Part shown: in pieces, positions 59,620 to 64,000 of the stretch
Position numbering within the stretch: the first letter of the stretch is position 1
How the letters are laid out: the number at the start of each line of letters is the position of its first letter
Assembly (NCBI GenBank): GCA_003151795.1
Contig: PLYL01000024.1
Coordinates: 4,953 to 68,952 of the forward strand
From: Candidatus Yanofskybacteria bacterium
Lineage (GTDB): Bacteria > Patescibacteriota > Minisyncoccia > 2-02-FULL-40-12 > GWA2-44-9
Reading direction: 5' to 3'
DNA length: 64,000 bases
Position numbers and translations under genes: made by a program
Notes under the pieces: model-generated
What the model was told of the DNA's origin: nothing
The model's database searches: none
Seen by the model: only the letters and a program-made list of their open reading frames with translations

Positions 59620-59853
59620 ATGGATAAGATAATTCCAACAAACGAACATCCGCGAAATCGTTTCAAACGACTCGCTACTGCTCGGACAAATATAGTTCTA
59701 AAACGTCTTAAAGTTTTAGGGAATTGTTCTAACCGTAATATATACGAATACGAGGAACAGGACATTGATAAGATTTTCTCCGAGATAGAACGCAAGGTTA
59801 AGGAAACCAAGGCAAAATTCCACTTCCCCAAAAAGCGTGAGTTTAAACTATGA
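59620..59853 (+). CDS. Small basic hypothetical protein (possible regulator)
   Basis: 77 aa; overlaps the start of the downstream GHKL gene by 4 bp. Confidence 0.35.
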   Translation: MDKIIPTNEHPRNRFKRLATARTNIVLKRLKVLGNCSNRNIYEYEEQDIDKIFSEIERKVKETKAKFHFPKKREFKL

Positions 59854-62207
59854 AAGACGACGACATAATAAAATTAACACTCGCTCTTGTTAAATCGGAA
59901 ACCGAAAAAGAGGTCGTTCAAGTTTTGAGTAGCTTTAATCTTTGGGAAAACAAAAATGTATGGAAAGAATTTGATGAGAGTTCCGGGAATTGGTCAACTA
60001 TTGGTAATCAGCAGAGTGCGCCTGATACAGCCCTTGTTGAAAAAATAATCAATTCTGTTGATGCGGTACTTATGAAAGAATGTTTGAAAGATGGTATACA
60101 ACCAGAAAGCGAGAATGCTCCCCAAAGTATTGCAGAAGCTCAAAAGAAATACTTCGGAATTTATAATGGTAAACTTTCGAGTATTGATGCGAATAACAGA
60201 ACAAAAATTGCCGAAAATATTTTTCTTGTTGCAACTGGTAGTAAAAACAACCCGTCCTATTCAATAATTGATTTTGGGGAAGGTCAATCACCCGAATCTT
60301 TTCCTACTACATTTTTATCACTTAATAAGGGTAATAAAAATAAGGTCCAATTTGTTCAAGGTAAATTCGGAATGGGCGGGACAGGGGTCTTTAGGTTCGG
60401 AAGCCCGGAGCACAATCTTCAGTTGATAATTTCTAAAAGAAATAAAGAAATTAAATCAGAAACAAAAAATGATCAATGGGGCATGACCGTCATAAGACGT
60501 GTCCCACCCACCGGCCAAATGAAGAGTTCAATTTTTACCTATCTTGCTCCAGAGGGTAAAATTCTTTCTTTTGTTTCTCCGTCCCTACGTCTTTTACCAG
60601 GTAAACACCCTAAAGCATATTCCGAACCATTAGAATGCGGTTCATTTATAAAAATTTATGAATACAATCTCGCCGGCTTAAAAAGTAACGTACGATTTGA
60701 TTTGTTTTATCGCTTATCGTTATTACTACCAAACATAGCGTTGCCGATTACTCTTTGTGAGCGACGGGATTATAGCGATAAAGAAGGTAAAACAAGGGAT
60801 ATGAAAATTGTTATGTCGGGACTTAGTGTGCGTCTCGACGAGGACAAAAGAGATAATCTTGAAGATGATTTTCCAAGCACAGGAGAATTAAATGTAAAAA
60901 ATCAAAAAATGGATTATTCAATTTACGCTTTTCGGAAAGATAAACGAAGAACATATTCCGGAAATGAGGGAATTGTATTTACGGTAAATGGCCAAGCTCA
61001 TGGGTTTTTGCCGAAATCTTTCTTTGAGCGTAAGTCAGTCGGCATGTCCTATCTCGCGGATAGCATTCTCATACTCATTGACTGTTCAAAAATTGAAAAA
61101 AGAAAACAAGAGGATTTATTTATGAATAGTCGCGATCGTCTTAGCGGTGGACCACTTCAAGATGAAATAGAGCAACAATTAGAAGATATAATCAAAAACC
61201 ATCAAGGCCTTCGGGCGTTAAGAGAAAAGAGGAGGAGAGAAGATATTGAAAATAAATTACAAGATTCAAGGCCTTTGGCAGATGTTCTGGAAAATATTAT
61301 TAAAAAATCTCCCTCCCTCTCGAGTCTTTTTGCACAAGGAGTAAGAATCAAAAATCCTTTTAACTTTGCTGGTGTTACTGAAAAAGGAAAATTTGAAGGG
61401 AAAGAATTTCCTACATATTTTGATTTGGTTAAAAAATATACTAGAGAAAAACCAAAACTTTGTCCTATCAACAATAGAAGGTTTAGGATTCAATACGAGA
61501 CTGATGCTGAAAATGATTATTTTAACCGTGATAAAGAACCAGGCGGATTAACTTTAAAGATAAATGAAAATTCTATTGAAGATTATTCGCTTAATTTATG
61601 GAACGGGCTAGCTACATTGAATATTGACCTCCCGGATAGCGTAAAAATTGGGGAAGTACTGTGCCTTAAAACAGAGGTCGTAGATATTTCAAGAATAGAG
61701 CCTTTTTTAAATGAATTTTATATAAAAATTGAAGAACAACAGGAAAAGAGTGGGGGTAAGAATGGTGAAAGAAAAAAACCGTCTGGTAAGGAAAGAGGAG
61801 AGGACCGACAAAAGCCAACCTATCTTGATATTCCTAACGCATGGGAGATAAGAAGAAATGAATGGGGGAAACATAATTTTGATGAAAAGAGTGCCCTAAA
61901 AGTGGTAGATGCAGGAGAAGAAACTGGGTATGATTTCTATATCAATATGGACAATGTTTATCTTCAGATGGAAATCAAGGAAAATATTAAAATTGACCCA
62001 AAACTTTTGGAAGCAAGATTTAAATATGGGATGGTTTTACTAGGTATATCATTACTTGATTTTGAAGAAAAAAGGAAAAAGGGAGGAAAAGAGACTCCAC
62101 AGGACAATAATGACGCATCTATTTTTGAACAAATTTCTCAATTTTCAAAAGCAATTTCTCCAACCTTACTTCCAATGATTTCTTCTCTTGGAGATTTGGA
62201 GATTTAA
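59850..62207 (+). CDS. Large GHKL-superfamily ATPase protein (MORC/MutL/Hsp90-like Bergerat fold), 785 aa
   Basis: N-box LVEKIINSVDAV, G1 box IIDFGEGQSP, G2 box GKFGMGGTGVFRFGS, and a long C-terminal extension with a Lys/Glu-rich tract. Confidence 0.55.
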   Translation: MKDDDIIKLTLALVKSETEKEVVQVLSSFNLWENKNVWKEFDESSGNWSTIGNQQSAPDTALVEKIINSVDAVLMKECLKDGIQPESENAPQSIAEAQKKYFGIYNGKLSSIDANNRTKIAENIFLVATGSKNNPSYSIIDFGEGQSPESFPTTFLSLNKGNKNKVQFVQGKFGMGGTGVFRFGSPEHNLQLIISKRNKEIKSETKNDQWGMTVIRRVPPTGQMKSSIFTYLAPEGKILSFVSPSLRLLPGKHPKAYSEPLECGSFIKIYEYNLAGLKSNVRFDLFYRLSLLLPNIALPITLCERRDYSDKEGKTRDMKIVMSGLSVRLDEDKRDNLEDDFPSTGELNVKNQKMDYSIYAFRKDKRRTYSGNEGIVFTVNGQAHGFLPKSFFERKSVGMSYLADSILILIDCSKIEKRKQEDLFMNSRDRLSGGPLQDEIEQQLEDIIKNHQGLRALREKRRREDIENKLQDSRPLADVLENIIKKSPSLSSLFAQGVRIKNPFNFAGVTEKGKFEGKEFPTYFDLVKKYTREKPKLCPINNRRFRIQYETDAENDYFNRDKEPGGLTLKINENSIEDYSLNLWNGLATLNIDLPDSVKIGEVLCLKTEVVDISRIEPFLNEFYIKIEEQQEKSGGKNGERKKPSGKERGEDRQKPTYLDIPNAWEIRRNEWGKHNFDEKSALKVVDAGEETGYDFYINMDNVYLQMEIKENIKIDPKLLEARFKYGMVLLGISLLDFEEKRKKGGKETPQDNNDASIFEQISQFSKAISPTLLPMISSLGDLEI

Positions 62208-62363
62208 TCATAATCATGTTGATTTTCTTCCAGTGGCCGGATAAAATGAAGAAAGGTAAGAGGTCAGACCCCTTTTTATGGCGTCTCATTTTGCCGAGTA
62301 TCACCGACCTGTAGGTATCCAAATCTGGAGATGAGGCAAAATTATTGAAGCCGTCTTAAAATT

Positions 62364-62963
62364 ATGACTAAAAAATTCACCTTGTTTTTAACTGCTCAGG
62401 ACACAGAATTTCTCCATGATGTTGCGATAGTTATTAATACAAAGGATAAAAGTTATGAAATAAATATGGATCCTCAAAAAAAGAAATCGGAAGACCCTGG
62501 GTGGTGGTACTTGCAGGCATATGGATTCTATTCAACTTTTAAAATTCTTCTTGATTTATTTAAATCAAGTCCTTCAAAAAGTTTTATTGGTACATCAGCC
62601 GTATATACCTTAGGAATTGCTACAGAGCTTTATCTAAAAACATTTTTACTAATTAGTGGGTATCCATATCAAGATGTGATTAATTTCAAACATGATTTAA
62701 AAAATTTAAGATTAGAATGTCATAAAATTGATACAAACTTTGATAATTCTGACCTAATTTTTATTACTGATAACCTTGGCTCAGTTATTATGGATAACGG
62801 AGGGATAAGATATCCAGTCAATTCTAAAAGTGCAGCTGTAGCTGACCCCATAATGATAGATGCAATATCATGGCTAGATTCTTACGTAAGACTATTAATT
62901 TCTATTGAAACAAAAAATACTGGTGGGCTAGAATATATTAGTATGAAGCCTGTTTTAAAATAG
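62364..62963 (+). CDS. Hypothetical protein (gene bracketed by a 28-bp direct repeat)
   Basis: 199-aa ORF with no confident motif. A HEPN-type call was considered but not supported. Confidence 0.3.
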   Translation: MTKKFTLFLTAQDTEFLHDVAIVINTKDKSYEINMDPQKKKSEDPGWWYLQAYGFYSTFKILLDLFKSSPSKSFIGTSAVYTLGIATELYLKTFLLISGYPYQDVINFKHDLKNLRLECHKIDTNFDNSDLIFITDNLGSVIMDNGGIRYPVNSKSAAVADPIMIDAISWLDSYVRLLISIETKNTGGLEYISMKPVLK

Positions 62964-63044
62964 AGTATCACCGATTTATAGGCATCCGAACTACGATCGC
63001 TGGAAAGCCCTTGAAATTGGCTAGTTTTTTGCTAGGATGAAAAT

Positions 63045-63767
63045 ATGATTGACGAGCAAATAAAAGAACAGGCCATAGAATTTGCTAAGAAAAACAAACT
63101 TAAGATTGCTAAAGAAATAGCCAGTTTCGATGTTTATAAACCTGAGGTCACTCCAATTTCTGTGTTTATGGCAGGTTCGCCGGGTGCTGGTAAAACGGAG
63201 TTTTCTAAAGAACTTATTCGTATTTTGGAATCGGACGGTACTGAACGGAGAGTAATTAGAATTGATGCCGATGAAATCAGACCAATATTGCCAGGGTATA
63301 CAGGAAATAATTCTTATTTATTTCAATACCCGGTTTCTTTAGTCGTAGAGAAGGTTCATGACTTAGCGTTGCACAATAAACAGAGCTTTATTTTAGATAC
63401 AACTTTTGCCAATCCAGAGAAAGCAAGATATAATGTTGGCAGGTCTCTTGATAAAGAACGTCCTGTTTATATCTTCTATCTTTATCAAAAACCGGAAGTT
63501 GCGTGGAAATTTACAAAAGCTCGCGAAGAAATAGAGGGTCGTCAAATACCGCGGCAGGCCTTTATAGAGGAATTTGTCGGGGCAAGAGAAGCGATAAATG
63601 CTATGTTAGAAAAATATAATGACAATATTACCGTCTTTCTGGTTGTAAAAGATTTTGAAAAAAATACTGTTAATGATATTATTCCCATACTTGGAGGAGG
63701 AGTGAATGTTGACGAATATTTGCCGAAAGTGTATAGTAGAGATGAATTAGATAAAATAATATTATGA
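63045..63767 (+). CDS. Zeta-toxin-family P-loop kinase
   Basis: Walker A FMAGSPGAGKTEFSKEL and the size and layout of zeta/PezT-type toxins (RIDADEIR downstream). Confidence 0.55.
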   Translation: MIDEQIKEQAIEFAKKNKLKIAKEIASFDVYKPEVTPISVFMAGSPGAGKTEFSKELIRILESDGTERRVIRIDADEIRPILPGYTGNNSYLFQYPVSLVVEKVHDLALHNKQSFILDTTFANPEKARYNVGRSLDKERPVYIFYLYQKPEVAWKFTKAREEIEGRQIPRQAFIEEFVGAREAINAMLEKYNDNITVFLVVKDFEKNTVNDIIPILGGGVNVDEYLPKVYSRDELDKIIL

Positions 63768-63943
63768 AATTAAATATTTTAAAAACAAAAAAAGATCTTA
63801 AAAAACCAGGGAAGTTTGCCGATTTCTTTTTAAACGCTTCTGAAAATAAAAAGAAACAAATAATCAGACAAGCTGCCGAACGGGCCAACAAAGACCAGTA
63901 CGAGGTATTTATAAAGTCTCGGGTTGGCACAAAAACTCCCTAA
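63764..63943 (+). CDS. Small Lys-rich hypothetical protein overlapping the kinase stop (ATGA)
   Basis: 59-aa ORF translationally coupled to the zeta-like gene; read directly from the sequence, not in the ORF track. Confidence 0.2.
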   Translation: MKLNILKTKKDLKKPGKFADFFLNASENKKKQIIRQAAERANKDQYEVFIKSRVGTKTP

Positions 63944-64000
63944 GTTCAATAACTATAAAAGCCCCATGGTGGGGCTTTTATAGTTATTGAAAACCCTTGA

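Noticed and set aside
62364-62963. HEPN call for the 199-aa protein
   Set aside because: The only candidate motif (RLECH, spacing Rx3H) does not fit the Rx4-6H HEPN signature, so it is left as hypothetical.

Overview
This 64-kb window looks like a small, compact Patescibacteria/CPR-like genome segment. Genes are short and often overlap stop-to-start, the tRNAs have no encoded CCA, and two tRNA genes carry group I introns. Two conserved housekeeping blocks sit at 1-18.5 kb and 46.6-51 kb. The first holds ychF, trpS, RNase J, secG, uvrC, groES/groEL, lemA, htpX, murD and murA. The second holds dnaG and rpoD. Both have visibly higher GC than the rest. They are interrupted by two lower-GC accessory regions.

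The first accessory region (about 18.5-46.2 kb) starts at tRNA-Ser. It carries two large serine recombinases, a complete type I R-M operon with two unusual extras, and several defence-like cassettes. The cassettes are a PIN-like membrane protein coupled to hsdR, a Cas4-like nuclease with HNH and a CadC-like/FGE membrane protein, and a GHKL ATPase with a trypsin-like protease. Next come tRNA-Phe and tRNA-Arg and a degraded prophage module (TerL, TerS, two DNA methylases, a sigma-like protein). The second recombinase sits inside a striking nested system of long inverted repeats (84 bp and 200 bp). The inner pair would let inversion swap the recombinase's own C-terminal tail. The outer pair brackets an HTH plus two membrane-protein cargo genes.

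The second accessory region (51.5-64 kb) is bounded by two inverted copies of an intron-containing tRNA-Asn(GUU). It holds a run of small enzyme genes, one clearly foreign high-GC gene, and a second GHKL ATPase cluster with a zeta-toxin-family kinase.

No CRISPR array or rRNA is present. All functional calls come from motifs read by eye and need HMM or BLAST confirmation.
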